Of a stretch of DNA of 64,000 bases, positions 1 through 10,116 are shown one piece after another (the stretch's first letter is position 1; each line of letters opens with the position of its first letter). The stretch spans positions 32,001 through 96,000 of the forward strand of contig CAXXQS010000002.1 in NCBI GenBank assembly GCA_963674735.2, read 5' to 3'. This DNA is from Myxococcota bacterium (lineage in GTDB: Bacteria > Myxococcota_A > SURF-8). Position numbers and translations under genes: made by a program. The notes under the pieces are model-generated. The model had not been told where the DNA came from and did no database searches. It worked only from the letters and a program-made list of their open reading frames with translations.

Positions 1-301
1 GAGCAGGATTGATCATGAGCGCCGTTCAACGGATTGTCGGGTCGGCTATTGTCTTCATCGTTGTCGTCCGGTATCGCCATGCATGATGTGTATCGGATGT
101 TTTTCACTGGCTGATCCCCACGTTCCTTAACTCATCTATTCGTTTATGGTTCAGTAGGGGCAAGGAAGTGCGGATCGTGAAAATCGATGATCGGATCAAA
201 TAAGGGTTCCCCGACTGCGTCCCGTTTCTATTTGTAATTATTACCGAATCGTGTGAGGCTGTCAAGGTCAATGGCGATCGGCCAGAGATTCGACGCGAAT
301 C

Positions 302-330
302 TTGACCGCAACTCCCGCGTCGTCTAAAGT
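302..330 (+). promoter_or_regulatory. Putative sigma70 promoter
   Basis: TTGACC-N17-TAAAGT upstream of GGAG and ATG at 376. Confidence 0.4.
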
Positions 331-375
331 GGCGATTTGATTGAAATCCACGAGGACACTAATCGGAGTCGCTTG

Positions 376-1776
376 ATGAAGGATGTGGTTCGGTTCGCAG
401 GGCATCGCTGGGTATGGATGCTGGTTCTGATGGCGCTTTATCTGTTTCCGGTTACCACTCTGGTATCGGGAGATACGCTGGCGTCCATTTTCGGGGCCGC
501 TTCCATGGCGGATGGCCAGGCGGGGTTTCTCGACAACTATCCGGTACGGACCGATGCCCAGGGAAATCGTTATTCCTGGGCGTTGGAAACGGTGGATGGC
601 CGGATCGTCAGCGGCTTCGGGGTCGGTGTTTCCCTTCTGATTGCACCGTTTTTACTCCTGCACAAAACCTTGATCGGCGTCATCACATTCGAAAGCGCCA
701 TTTTCTGGGCGAAAATGATGGCGGCCCTGTCGGTGGCCTTGGCTTTCTTCCTATGGGTCGATATCGCCCGCCGCCTGACGTCGCGTCGACGGGCCTTGCT
801 TCTGGGGCTGGTCTATGCACTCGGCACCAGCGCCTATGGAATCGCCTCACAGGAGCCCTGGCACCAAAGCGCCAATCAATGCTTGCTGCTGCTTCCCCTG
901 TGGGCGTTTCTGCGGCCCTCGCTCCGTTTGAGTGGTAGAGCGTTTCTTTTTGCCGCCATGGTGCTGGTCTTTTTAGTGAGACCGACCAGCCTGTTGCTGC
1001 TGGCGGCCCTCTTGTTGCCTTGGTGGCGCGTTCGGCGCGGACGGGTTCTTCTTGCCCTGGCAGGACTTACGATCGGTGTTTTCGCGCAGGCTTGGTTGAA
1101 TACCCGCTATTTCGGCGCTCCGTGGGTGTTCGGGCAGAGCATCATGTCGGATCACTCGGTGGCCTTGCGCGGCCTGACATCGCCCTGGGTGTGGAATCCG
1201 TTTCCGGGTTTGCTGGGTTTGCTGACCGATCCGTCGCGCGGGTTGCTCGTCTATTCGCCCTTTTTACTTTTTCTGCTGGCCTGGCTGCGTCCCTCCCGGC
1301 TGGGGTGCGATCCCGATCCGGCACGTCAAGCCTTGCGTCGCCGTGTGTTCCTTTCCAGTGCGGGACTCTTCACGGTCGCCTTGGCGCTTTACGCGTTTCG
1401 CTGGGAGTGGACCGGCGGCTACTGTTGGGGACCGCGTTTTCTGACCGATGCCGCCCCGTTTCTGATGCTGTTGCTGATTCCGGTGGTCGAATCCCTGCGT
1501 CGCCGGTGGACGAAAGCGCTGTTTGTCTTGTTGGTCGTGTCGGCCATCGGGATCCAGGCTTTAGGAGCGGTGAGCGACATTTACGGGCCGGAAAGCTGGA
1601 ACGGAAGCAGCCGTCGGCAAAGCGACCGCGATCCGACGGATCACAGCCCCTGGGACTTGAGCCGCCCACCCCAGATTATCCACCATCTGCGCTTTTTCAA
1701 ATGGGAAGAAGATTTGCACTTCAATGCGATTCCCGACCCGCACACAACTCCGGAAGAGGATGCCCCCACGCCGTGA
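376..1776 (+). CDS. Polytopic membrane protein, GT-C (ArnT/PMT-like) glycosyltransferase
   Basis: Many TM helices; motifs GLLTDPSRGLLVYSP and WTGGYCWGPRFL typical of GT39-like membrane proteins; start moved to ATG376 after GGAG. Confidence 0.65.
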   Translation: MKDVVRFAGHRWVWMLVLMALYLFPVTTLVSGDTLASIFGAASMADGQAGFLDNYPVRTDAQGNRYSWALETVDGRIVSGFGVGVSLLIAPFLLLHKTLIGVITFESAIFWAKMMAALSVALAFFLWVDIARRLTSRRRALLLGLVYALGTSAYGIASQEPWHQSANQCLLLLPLWAFLRPSLRLSGRAFLFAAMVLVFLVRPTSLLLLAALLLPWWRVRRGRVLLALAGLTIGVFAQAWLNTRYFGAPWVFGQSIMSDHSVALRGLTSPWVWNPFPGLLGLLTDPSRGLLVYSPFLLFLLAWLRPSRLGCDPDPARQALRRRVFLSSAGLFTVALALYAFRWEWTGGYCWGPRFLTDAAPFLMLLLIPVVESLRRRWTKALFVLLVVSAIGIQALGAVSDIYGPESWNGSSRRQSDRDPTDHSPWDLSRPPQIIHHLRFFKWEEDLHFNAIPDPHTTPEEDAPTP

Positions 1777-1809
1777 TCCCGCCTTCACTTTTGTCGGTGA
1801 ACGATGCTG

Positions 1810-3216
1810 CTATTTGGCCAACTCGGCACGCTTTTTCAGGTGTTGGATCACCAGCGCCACCAGCATGGGCGGTGCAGCCACGGAAGTGACCACCAGCATA
1901 ACCGGCAGTTTACCCAAAACGGCCAGACAGAAGATCAGGAAGATGAAGAAATCGCGCTTGAGCAGGAATTTCAAGAAGGCCAGCACGCGAACGCCGAGAC
2001 GTTGATCCTGCAGGCTTTGTTGTTGGTTGAACTCAAAATCGATGGCCATGACATCGCCGGAGTCGGTGTACTTGATGATGTAACTGTACATCAGGGGCGT
2101 GATGCAGCTATAGCAGGCCAGCGTGATGAAACCGCAAACGGCCATCCAGGGCTCCCCCGCCACACCGGTATACACGGCATAAGTCAACCCGGCGAAAAAG
2201 CTGAAATTGCTGATGTCGTCGATGACGGTGTCCATCCACTCGCCGTAAGGAGAAAACTGGTACTTCAAACGCGCCAGCTCGCCGTCCACCCCATCGACGA
2301 TCGACGCGAACTGGAACAGCGCCGCCGCCAGCAACATCCACAGGTAACCGCCGTGGCTGACCATCCAGACGGCGATCAGCGCCATGACGAGCGTCGAAGC
2401 CGAGGCCATGTTGGGAGTAACGGCGGTGCTTGCCAAGCGGCGCGAGATGGGGATGGAGATGCGTCGGTTGATGCTGCGCGCCACGAAACCGTCGATGGGC
2501 TTGCGCAAGGCCAGCAGCAGATTGTGCTCGGTTTTGGGACGGTCGGCCTGCGTGCGCACCGTGTTGGACCACAGGTGGTCGACAACCACCCGCTCGGGGG
2601 CGGGTGCGTCTTCGGGCGGCGTCAGCAGGAAATCGAATCCCGCTTCACCGGTGGCCAGCGGTTTCACCACGTCGCATCCCACCACCGCGAGTCCGGTCAG
2701 CCGAAACCAGTCGGCAGCGGCGCTGTCGAGACGAGCGCTGCCGTCTTCGACGTGCAACAGCCGGTCGCCTTGGGCGAGGGGAAGGGTCGTGACGGCCAAG
2801 CGCCGTTCGCCGGGTCCGATCTCTTTGGCCAACAGGCTGAACAGCGCCAGCGGAGCGACCAGGTCGCAGCGGGCAATGAACAACGGGCCGTCGCATTCGC
2901 CGAGCGCCGTTTTCAGGCCTGCGGGAACCCCTCCGCTCTCGGCACGATGAACCCGAATCGTTTGCGACAAACGCGGATCGGCTTTCAACTTGGCTTCGAG
3001 CGCTGCCGGATTGAGCGGACTGTCTGCATCCAGAACCACCTGCGATTGTCGCACGCCCGCATCTTGCAGCTGGCGCAGGGTGCGCACGATGACCGGCACA
3101 CCCAGAATCTCGGTATCGGGCGACAATTCGGCCTTCCCGGCACGTTCAGGGTCGAGAAAACCCAACTCCGGGGCGAGCAGCAAAGCTTCGGTGATGGCCG
3201 GGGCGGTTTCGGTCAT
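1810..3216 (-). CDS. CDP-alcohol phosphatidyltransferase (DIPPS-like) with degenerate N-terminal nucleotidyltransferase-like domain
   Basis: CDP-AP signature DGVDGELAR...GEWMDTVID; DGFVARSINRRIS...VTPN as in DIPP synthases; AGGAG upstream of ATG3216. Confidence 0.8.
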   Translation of the reverse strand: MTETAPAITEALLLAPELGFLDPERAGKAELSPDTEILGVPVIVRTLRQLQDAGVRQSQVVLDADSPLNPAALEAKLKADPRLSQTIRVHRAESGGVPAGLKTALGECDGPLFIARCDLVAPLALFSLLAKEIGPGERRLAVTTLPLAQGDRLLHVEDGSARLDSAAADWFRLTGLAVVGCDVVKPLATGEAGFDFLLTPPEDAPAPERVVVDHLWSNTVRTQADRPKTEHNLLLALRKPIDGFVARSINRRISIPISRRLASTAVTPNMASASTLVMALIAVWMVSHGGYLWMLLAAALFQFASIVDGVDGELARLKYQFSPYGEWMDTVIDDISNFSFFAGLTYAVYTGVAGEPWMAVCGFITLACYSCITPLMYSYIIKYTDSGDVMAIDFEFNQQQSLQDQRLGVRVLAFLKFLLKRDFFIFLIFCLAVLGKLPVMLVVTSVAAPPMLVALVIQHLKKRAELAK

Positions 3217-3241
3217 GGATGAGGCTCCTTGTTTGGCGAGG

Positions 3242-4006
3242 CTATTTGGCGAAATCGATGGCGTCATCGGCCAACAGCTTGCAGGCGAATTCCAGCGTTT
3301 CAGGTGTATCGACGTCCTGCCACAGGTAGGGCCCGATATCGAAGAAACCGAAGCGATCCTGGTGGCCCAGAAGCTGCATTCCGTCGGACAGCGAGCAGTC
3401 GCCACGCTTGTCATAGGCCGCCTGCAGGGCGTCGAACAGCTCCAGGTTGCAATAAAACAGGCCGATGTCGATGGCGTTGTAGCTTTCGAGCATCTTGCCG
3501 ATGCGCACGATCCGCTCGTTTTCGGTCACGACCTTGGTGGCGTCGTCGAGGTCGAACACCTGGTCGATCTTGCGGTCGATGCACAGACGCACACCCATGC
3601 CGTTGTCCCCTGCCGCGAGAAGATCGCGTGCGATGGCAACGTCGTAGACGTGATCCGACATGGAAAGCAGGAAGGGGCCTTTGACCTTGGGACGCGCGGC
3701 CAGCGCCGAGACACCGTTGGCCAGATCGTTCCAGCGCGGATTGAAGATCGTGGTGATGGTGATGCCGTTTGCGCCGTTGAGCTTGTCCACTTCGGCTTCC
3801 ACCCGCTCGCTCAAATAGCCGGTGACGACCACGAAGCGGCGAATCCCCGCCTGGGCCAGCGTGCGAATGACGCGGGTCACCATGGGGGTGCCTTCCAATT
3901 CGATCATCGGCTTCGAGATCGGCTCGTCGCCGGTAGCCAGACCCTGTACCCGACTGCCCCAACCAGCGGCCAGAATGACGGCCGTCTCTGCTTGCGCTAC
4001 GCTCAT
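3242..4006 (-). CDS. Sugar/polyol-phosphate cytidylyltransferase (IPCT/LicC-like NTP transferase)
   Basis: AVILAAGWGSR, KPMIEL, NGVS, SMSDHVY, DATKV, IGKML..YNAIDIGLF, WQDVDT; GGAGG RBS. Confidence 0.85.
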   Translation of the reverse strand: MSVAQAETAVILAAGWGSRVQGLATGDEPISKPMIELEGTPMVTRVIRTLAQAGIRRFVVVTGYLSERVEAEVDKLNGANGITITTIFNPRWNDLANGVSALAARPKVKGPFLLSMSDHVYDVAIARDLLAAGDNGMGVRLCIDRKIDQVFDLDDATKVVTENERIVRIGKMLESYNAIDIGLFYCNLELFDALQAAYDKRGDCSLSDGMQLLGHQDRFGFFDIGPYLWQDVDTPETLEFACKLLADDAIDFAK

Positions 4007-4316
4007 GTCGTATCCCTCCAAAACAAAGGAGAGCGAGGTTGTCCGCTCTCCGTTGCGAGTGGCTTGTTGTATCGCTAAAGGCCTGAATTTGTCAAGTGTT
4101 AGCGGCGTTTGGGCGCCCGATACGGCAACGGCGCAGTCCAGTGAAGCATCCACCGGAGAATTGCCGGACCTCCGAACTCCGGATATTTTAGACAAGCCTG
4201 CGTTTTCGGCCGTTTTTTCGGAACACCGGGATTTACTTGAAACAGAACCGTAATCGCGACATAATTATGTACTCCGGTGTGAGTTCATCCTGTTTCACAA
4301 CAATGGATCGATCGAC

Positions 4317-5903
4317 ATGATGCCTGCATATTTCAGCGTTTTTACCCGCTTTTGTCTGGTCCTAAGCTGCACCTTGCTGTTATCGGCCTGTCTGGGCGGG
4401 GGAACGGAAGAAGCCGAAGACGGCGATGCGCCCGTTTACCGCCCCGAAACGGACGGTGACGATTCGGCATCCGATGGCGATTTGCCTTTGGATGGCGATG
4501 TGCAACCCTGGGAGGACGGCGATGGGGAGAGCGCCCCGGACGGCGATGATCCGGACGGCGACATCCCGGATGGGGATGGGACGGATAGCGACACCTCCGA
4601 TGGCGATACCGACGGTGACGAACCGGATGGCGATGGCGAAGAAGGGCCGGATGGAGATCGCGAAACGGACGACGACGGGAGTTCATTCGGCTTTTGCACG
4701 GCGCTTGAAGATTGTCCGGTTGATGAGATCTGCCAGTTTTCTCTTGCCCGTTGCGAACCGCGCAGCACCTTGATCGATCTGGAAAGCGGATTCTACAGCT
4801 TCCACCCCCTAAGCGGCACGAGCGGGGACAAACTGGTGATCGATGGCCGCCGTTTTTTCTTCAGTATGGTGGGAAACTTCTCCGTCAAGGTTTGGATCGG
4901 TCAGACGCAGCTGGCATTCGTCGATTACATCGGTCGCGACGAAAACCGATTGCTGGTGCGCGTGCCCGACGGTGCGGCCGGAACCATCGGGATCGAATGT
5001 GAAGGGGGCGCCTTTTTCCAGAGCCGCTCGTCTTTTACCCAGTCCGCCACCGGCGTGCTCGCCTGCGATTCCAGCAGCCCGGCGGCCTCCGGTACGGCCG
5101 GTTCCTCACCCACTTCGATGGGACCGTATGCCGCGGGCTATCTCGATACCGTCCAGAATAACGCACGCATCTACTACCCGGCCCAGTGCGGCTCGATCCG
5201 CCGTCCGGGCACACCGGGCGAATACCCGCTGGTGGCCATGCTGCACGGTAACGGGGCGGGGCACATCAATTACGAATACCTGGCGCAGCTTCTGGCGAGC
5301 TGGGGATTCGTGGTGGTTAACCCGGCCAGCATCCACACCAATGAATACGATGAAGCGGTGATTCAACAGCTTTACAACGACATCGCCGCCGTGCACGACC
5401 AGGATCTGTCTGCGCTGCATCCCGCCCTGGCGGGTTTGTCGACCTCCGGCGAGATCGCGTTCATGGGCCATTCGCGCGGCTGCGGACGCATGCAGGAACT
5501 GTTCGGTGATTATCCGGCCATGGCCGGCGACACGGTCGCCTCGGTGTTTCTTGGCCCAGCCAACAACGATACGCTGGTGCCGGGGCTCTTTATGGCCATC
5601 GGAGCAACGGAAGACGGCCAGAGCTTTCCGTTTCACTACAACGGCCAATACGACCGGCAGTCGGCCCCGAAATGGAAAGTGATTCTTCAGGGCGGCAACC
5701 ACAGCCTGTTCGCCGATGCCAAAATCTATTTCAGCTTCGACGGCGTTCCCACCCTGACACGCCACCGCCAGCTGAGCATCGTAGCTTCTTTCGTGATTCC
5801 GCTATTACAGCGGGCCTTCGGGCAAACCGAGCCCTTCGCCGCCTGGCTGGACACCCCGCCCGTCCACCCCGATTACACGGTGACCTCGGATTCGTCGCGC
5901 TAG
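4317..5903 (+). CDS. Lipoprotein with DGD-repeat linker, Ig/IPT-like domain and alpha/beta hydrolase
   Basis: Lipobox LLSAC; acidic DGD repeats; MLHGNG, LASWGFVV, nucleophile elbow GHSRG, GGNHSLF. Confidence 0.75.
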   Translation: MMPAYFSVFTRFCLVLSCTLLLSACLGGGTEEAEDGDAPVYRPETDGDDSASDGDLPLDGDVQPWEDGDGESAPDGDDPDGDIPDGDGTDSDTSDGDTDGDEPDGDGEEGPDGDRETDDDGSSFGFCTALEDCPVDEICQFSLARCEPRSTLIDLESGFYSFHPLSGTSGDKLVIDGRRFFFSMVGNFSVKVWIGQTQLAFVDYIGRDENRLLVRVPDGAAGTIGIECEGGAFFQSRSSFTQSATGVLACDSSSPAASGTAGSSPTSMGPYAAGYLDTVQNNARIYYPAQCGSIRRPGTPGEYPLVAMLHGNGAGHINYEYLAQLLASWGFVVVNPASIHTNEYDEAVIQQLYNDIAAVHDQDLSALHPALAGLSTSGEIAFMGHSRGCGRMQELFGDYPAMAGDTVASVFLGPANNDTLVPGLFMAIGATEDGQSFPFHYNGQYDRQSAPKWKVILQGGNHSLFADAKIYFSFDGVPTLTRHRQLSIVASFVIPLLQRAFGQTEPFAAWLDTPPVHPDYTVTSDSSR

Positions 5904-6186
5904 GACACGGGGATTTCATTTCACAGGGAAATGTCGGGCAAGAAATTGTGACTAGCCACCCTCCACCGGCACACAAACCGATCCCATCGCCCTAATTTCA
6001 AGGTACAAAACGGTCTCGTTCTCGATCACGCGAAAATCGGATTGGGGGCAAGGCCCTCCCGCGTCCATTTGATCGGAATTTATTGCGTAGCCGAAAACTC
6101 TCCTTAATAACTTGTGCGATTGATTCACCGGATATCGATTTCGCCGTTTAGTTACGATCAAACTTGGAGCAATGGAGGTTGGCAGA

Positions 6187-7260
6187 ATGAAGGTAACGAA
6201 ACTATCGACGACCTTTGCGCTTTTTGCGGCCATGCTGTTTCTCGGGGCTTCGGCCATCGCTCAAACCGTAGAAAAATCCAACCAGCCCGTGATTGAAAAA
6301 AAGCAGATATCCAACGGTTACGATGCCAGGCTGAGTCACGTTGACTATCCCTATGAAACGAAAACATTCACATTCGAAGCTCAAGGCCACCAATTGGAAA
6401 TGGTCTACATGGACGTGCAACCTGAAGTGGGACTGACCAAGGGTGAGGCGGTGCTTCTGCTCCATGGAAAAAACTTTTCGGGAGCCTACTGGGCCAATAC
6501 GATTGCTCCGCTGTTGCGCCGGGGGTATCGGGTTGTCGTTCCGGATCAAATCGGTTTCGGCAAATCCAGCAAACCGGAATGCTTTCAGTATACGTTTCAC
6601 GGCTTGGCCACTTACACCTTCAACCTGCTGAATTCACTTGGCATTGAACGCATACATGTTATCGGTCATTCCATGGGGGGAATGCTGGCGACCCGCTTCG
6701 CCTTGATGTTTCCCGGTCATGCGTCCTCGTTGACGTTGGTCAATCCCATCGGGTTGGAAGACTGGAAACTGAAGGTTCCCTATCGCCCGGTGGAATGGTG
6801 GTTTGAACAAGAGCTCGCCAAAACTCCCGAAAAAGTAAGGACTTATATGACCGCCAGTTATTTCGATGGCGTATGGAAACCGCAATATGAGCCATTGGTC
6901 GATCTTCAGGTCGGTTGGATAAAGGGCCCGGATTATCGTCAGATTGCCAAAAGCTCCGCCCTGACTTACGATATGATTTTCACCCAACCCGTGGTTTACG
7001 AATTCGGGCTCGTAAAGGTGCCGACTTTGCTGATTATCGGGACTCGTGACAGAACGGCTTTAGGCAAAGGGCTTGTCTCGGATGAGGTTCGTAAAACTCT
7101 TGGGATTTATGACCAGATTGCACTCAATGCCAACAAGGCGATCCCAAATTCCCAATTGGAATTGCTCGATGGTATCGGACATATCCCGCAATATGAAGCT
7201 TTCGACAAATACATGGCGTTGCTGACGGCTTTTCTTGCGGATACGAAACCCGCGCATTGA
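6187..7260 (+). CDS. Exported alpha/beta hydrolase
   Basis: Signal peptide; [31 protein letters not shown]. Confidence 0.9.
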   Translation: MKVTKLSTTFALFAAMLFLGASAIAQTVEKSNQPVIEKKQISNGYDARLSHVDYPYETKTFTFEAQGHQLEMVYMDVQPEVGLTKGEAVLLLHGKNFSGAYWANTIAPLLRRGYRVVVPDQIGFGKSSKPECFQYTFHGLATYTFNLLNSLGIERIHVIGHSMGGMLATRFALMFPGHASSLTLVNPIGLEDWKLKVPYRPVEWWFEQELAKTPEKVRTYMTASYFDGVWKPQYEPLVDLQVGWIKGPDYRQIAKSSALTYDMIFTQPVVYEFGLVKVPTLLIIGTRDRTALGKGLVSDEVRKTLGIYDQIALNANKAIPNSQLELLDGIGHIPQYEAFDKYMALLTAFLADTKPAH

Positions 7261-7324
7261 TGGCGACATCCCAAGCTGAAAAGGCCATCCATTTACAGCC
7301 GATCGACATGCTTTAATGAGCCTC

Positions 7325-7402
7325 AGCCAAGTAGGTCGGTTGCAATGTGTCCGACAATTATAATCTCCCTTTGAGTCGGACAGAAAATCTGTCCGACCTA
7401 CA
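7325..7402. repeat. REPIN-like element (two inverted GTAG-type REPs)
   Basis: AGCCAA-GTAGGTCGG..CCGAC-ATTATAATCTCCCTTTG-GTCGGACAGAAAATCTGTCCGACCTAC; closely similar copy at 33230-33308. Confidence 0.75.
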
Positions 7403-7410
7403 GGACTTAT

Positions 7411-7462
7411 CCCATGCCACCCCATTGATACATCGTTCAGGGGTTGCCACGGCCACCCGCCG
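7411..7462. repeat. Rhs-array spacer element, copy A (no Rhs module attached)
   Basis: CCCATGCCACCC..TCAGGGGTTGCCACGGCCACCCGCCG matches 8599-8673 and 9617-9687. Confidence 0.7.
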
Positions 7463-7581
7463 AACCCCGGGAGCGTTTTCTTTCGGTTCCCTTTCTTTGG
7501 GAAAGAAAGGGAACAAAGGCGGTGTCGGCGCAGGCTTCGTGGGTTTCGCAGGTCGGGTCCGGTGGACCCGACCCTTCATGT

Positions 7582-7608
7582 GTCGGACAGAAAATCTGTC
7601 CGACCTAC
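7582..7608. repeat. GTAG-type REP palindrome
   Basis: GTCGGACAGAAAATCTGTCCGACCTAC. Confidence 0.75.
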
Positions 7609-7628
7609 CCCGGCTTTTACAGTTAAAT

Positions 7629-7877
7629 TTAAACCCAGCCACCGGTTGTCACGGCCACCAACCCGAATATAAATGCAATTACACCCAGAGTAATTAGAAT
7701 TATACCAATGATCGATACCACTGTTTTCCCCGCGGCATCTTGACCGCTTGCAAACCAATTATCTTCCCCATATACTTTTTTTACATTATTTAAGTAGTAT
7801 GAATTTATCATCTTCCTACCAAGGATGAAGAATACTCCAAGAAGTATTGAGAATGCTCCGATGACGAGTAAATCCAT
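7629..7877 (-). CDS. Small two-TM protein, putative Rhs immunity protein 3
   Basis: AT-rich, hydrophobic, GAGG RBS, immediately downstream of an Rhs C-terminal ORF. Confidence 0.6.
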   Translation of the reverse strand: MDLLVIGAFSILLGVFFILGRKMINSYYLNNVKKVYGEDNWFASGQDAAGKTVVSIIGIILITLGVIAFIFGLVAVTTGGWV

Positions 7878-7896
7878 TTTGCAACCCTCTTGTTTC

Positions 7897-8601
7897 TCAG
7901 TACATACCGTAACTATGCAGTTTGGGAGGTATAGAAATACCAGGAGGGGTCATCTCCCTTACTGAGATAACGGAGGCACTCTGCCCTCCTATTGGCAATA
8001 TTCCTCCTCCCTCTGCAAATGCTGATACTTTTCCAGCGTTCGTATCGTACCCGATACCCACCTGTCCAACTGCCGGAAGTTCCGATGTGGCATATGACAT
8101 TGCCGCATACCACCCTTCAGAAGCATTCTGTGGAGAAAATGTAACGCTTATCGAGAAGCTAATATTTGTAGAAAAACCCACATATTCATAATATATTCCA
8201 GAATCAAAATCATATTGAATGCCAAAATTTAAAAATCCGAAATTGCAATTCAGATCAGCATATTCCAACCCCTCCGGATCCACGAACCACATCGGATTCG
8301 CCCCGGCGTAGCCGTAGAGCGCCCCATGGTCCTGTAGCAGCGGGTCGAGGCTGGTGTAGATGCCGAGTTCGGGGATGTAGCTGCGGTGCCAGTTGTAGAC
8401 GCCGTAGCCCTCGCCGTCGTCGACCTGCCCGGGATAGCGCAGGGGCATGTCGAGCGTCGCTGCCGACACCGTAGCCGCGCCGTAGGCGTCGTAGGTGGCC
8501 TCCCACAGCACCTCGCCCTGACTGCCGATCACCTGCTCGGGCCGCCCCGTGCGCTCGGCGATGACAAAGCCGCGCGATTCCAGGTCATCCTCCAATCCCA
8601 T
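7897..8601 (-). CDS. Orphan Rhs C-terminal toxin module 3
   Basis: Rhs core end LRYPGQ..YNWHRSY.PELG.Y...DP...NP...DPEG followed by a unique AT-rich C-terminus; start uncertain. Confidence 0.8.
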   Translation of the reverse strand: MGLEDDLESRGFVIAERTGRPEQVIGSQGEVLWEATYDAYGAATVSAATLDMPLRYPGQVDDGEGYGVYNWHRSYIPELGIYTSLDPLLQDHGALYGYAGANPMWFVDPEGLEYADLNCNFGFLNFGIQYDFDSGIYYEYVGFSTNISFSISVTFSPQNASEGWYAAMSYATSELPAVGQVGIGYDTNAGKVSAFAEGGGILPIGGQSASVISVREMTPPGISIPPKLHSYGMY

Positions 8602-8673
8602 GGGCAAGCTGCGCTTGGCCCATGCCACCCCATTCGTCATTCAAAGATCAGGGGTTGTCACGGCCACCCGCCG
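8599..8673. repeat. Rhs-array spacer element, copy B
   Basis: Hairpin CATGGGCAAGC-TGC-GCTTGGCCCATG-CCACCC plus CAGGGGTTGTCACGGCCACCCG. Confidence 0.75.
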
Positions 8674-8682
8674 GGTGCCGAC

Positions 8683-8922
8683 TCAAAACATGTAATATAA
8701 TTGGAGGTATAATTCCATTCCACCAAACAAAGAGAATAGAGATCCTAAAATAATCATGAGCACTTGATTTAGTTTCACGTTGTTATGTTTAGGATACATA
8801 TTTTTAGAGATGTCTAATTGTTTGTCGTACATATGCTTTCCTATTCGCTTATTAAATACAACCATTAACGCCCCTCCAACGTGAAAAGTGAAAGCCATTA
8901 TGAGATTTGAAAAGTCCGACAT
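8683..8922 (-). CDS. Small two-TM protein, putative Rhs immunity protein 2
   Basis: AT-rich hydrophobic ORF with GAGG RBS, 10 nt after the Rhs stop. Confidence 0.6.
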   Translation of the reverse strand: MSDFSNLIMAFTFHVGGALMVVFNKRIGKHMYDKQLDISKNMYPKHNNVKLNQVLMIILGSLFSLFGGMELYLQLYYMF

Positions 8923-8932
8923 AATGCCCTCC

Positions 8933-9619
8933 TCACTTTGGGTATCCAAGTTGATTAGAGCCATAATCCCATCTTTCAGAATAGAATACCGATATTTGAC
9001 CTCCAGTTGGCGTGCTTGAACCGCCCCATTCAGAAAAACTCGTTTCTCCCGAGCTATTTCCAGATAAACCGCGTGAATGTGTCACGCCTCCGTAGGAACC
9101 TTGAACGGCTATATTCGTACCTTCATCAATAGGTGAATCATGGGAAAACGTTACTGATACTCCCGGTGTTCCAAAACCAATTCCTAAGTAAGGAAAGAGT
9201 CCCTTTTCAGGATCAACCATCATTCCAAATGAAATTCCAATACCCCATTTTAAAGGAACAAATGCATTTACATCAAAATAACACAGTCCCTCCGGATCCA
9301 CGAACCACATCGGATTCGCCCCGGCGTAGCCGTAGAGCGCGCCGGGGTTCTGGAAGAGCGGGTCGAGGCTGGTGTAGATGCCGAGTTCGGGGATGTACGT
9401 CCGGTGCCAGTTATAGACGCCGTAGCCCTCGCCGTCATCGACCTGCCCGGGATAGCGCAGGGGCAGGTCGAGCGTCGCAACGGACACCTCGGCCGCGCCG
9501 TAGGCGTCGTACGCGGCCTCCCACAGCACCTTGCCTTGGCCGGTCACGACCTGCTCGGACCGTCCCGTGCGCTCGGCGATCACGAATCCGCGCGATTCCA
9601 GGTCATCCTCCATTCCCAT
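8933..9619 (-). CDS. Orphan Rhs C-terminal toxin module 2
   Basis: Same ~310-bp Rhs core end as modules 1 and 3 up to DPEG, then a Gly/Ser-rich unique tip. Confidence 0.8.
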   Translation of the reverse strand: MGMEDDLESRGFVIAERTGRSEQVVTGQGKVLWEAAYDAYGAAEVSVATLDLPLRYPGQVDDGEGYGVYNWHRTYIPELGIYTSLDPLFQNPGALYGYAGANPMWFVDPEGLCYFDVNAFVPLKWGIGISFGMMVDPEKGLFPYLGIGFGTPGVSVTFSHDSPIDEGTNIAVQGSYGGVTHSRGLSGNSSGETSFSEWGGSSTPTGGQISVFYSERWDYGSNQLGYPK

Positions 9620-9735
9620 GGGCAAGCTACGCTTAGCCCATGCCACCCAGCCCGTTTTCATCGTTCAGGGGTTGTCACAGCCACCCGTCCGCCAATTCAT
9701 GTGTCGGACAGAAAACCTGTCCGACCTACAGGACT
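9617..9735. repeat. Rhs-array spacer element copy C plus GTAG-type REP
   Basis: Spacer at 9617-9687; REP GTCGGACAGAAAACCTGTCCGACCTAC at 9703-9729. Confidence 0.75.
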
Positions 9736-9750
9736 GTTGACTTTTACAGA

Positions 9751-10116
9751 TTAACGCCACAATTGAGCTATTATCAATGCAGAAGGTACATTGTGGTGTG
9801 CTAACATAACTAGGGACAATATCAATGCCGCGTAAACAAGCTTTCGAGAAGACTTCTCAGGAACCTTGCCCCATCGCATTTTCTTTCTTCTGGTGTCCAG
9901 GTTGAAATCGATTTTCCATCGAAAAAGATATACAATGAACGGAAGAAAGGACATCGGAATTCCAAACAACAGAATGAAAACAACCCAAAAATTGCTACTG
10001 TCACCTCCCGCAATGTGTTTATTGATTTCTTCATAGGCTATCTGTACGTACAGAACTAGATTCATTGTAAAGATAATCCAACCGTAAATTCTCTCATTAT
10101 AGTTAAAATTTACCAT
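9751..10116 (-). CDS. Three-TM protein, putative Rhs immunity protein 1
   Basis: AT-rich hydrophobic ORF overlapping the stop of Rhs module 1. Confidence 0.6.
   Translation of the reverse strand: MVNFNYNERIYGWIIFTMNLVLYVQIAYEEINKHIAGGDSSNFWVVFILLFGIPMSFLPFIVYLFRWKIDFNLDTRRKKMRWGKVPEKSSRKLVYAALILSLVMLAHHNVPSALIIAQLWR

Noticed and set aside
1-107. Partial minus-strand ORF at the left edge (MAIPDDNDEDNSR...)
   Set aside because: Too short and truncated to support a call
7325-9735. Integron cassette array (attC sites)
   Set aside because: No integron integrase in the window, and I could not fit RYYYAAC/GTTRRRY ends to the spacers; they fit REP-type repeats better
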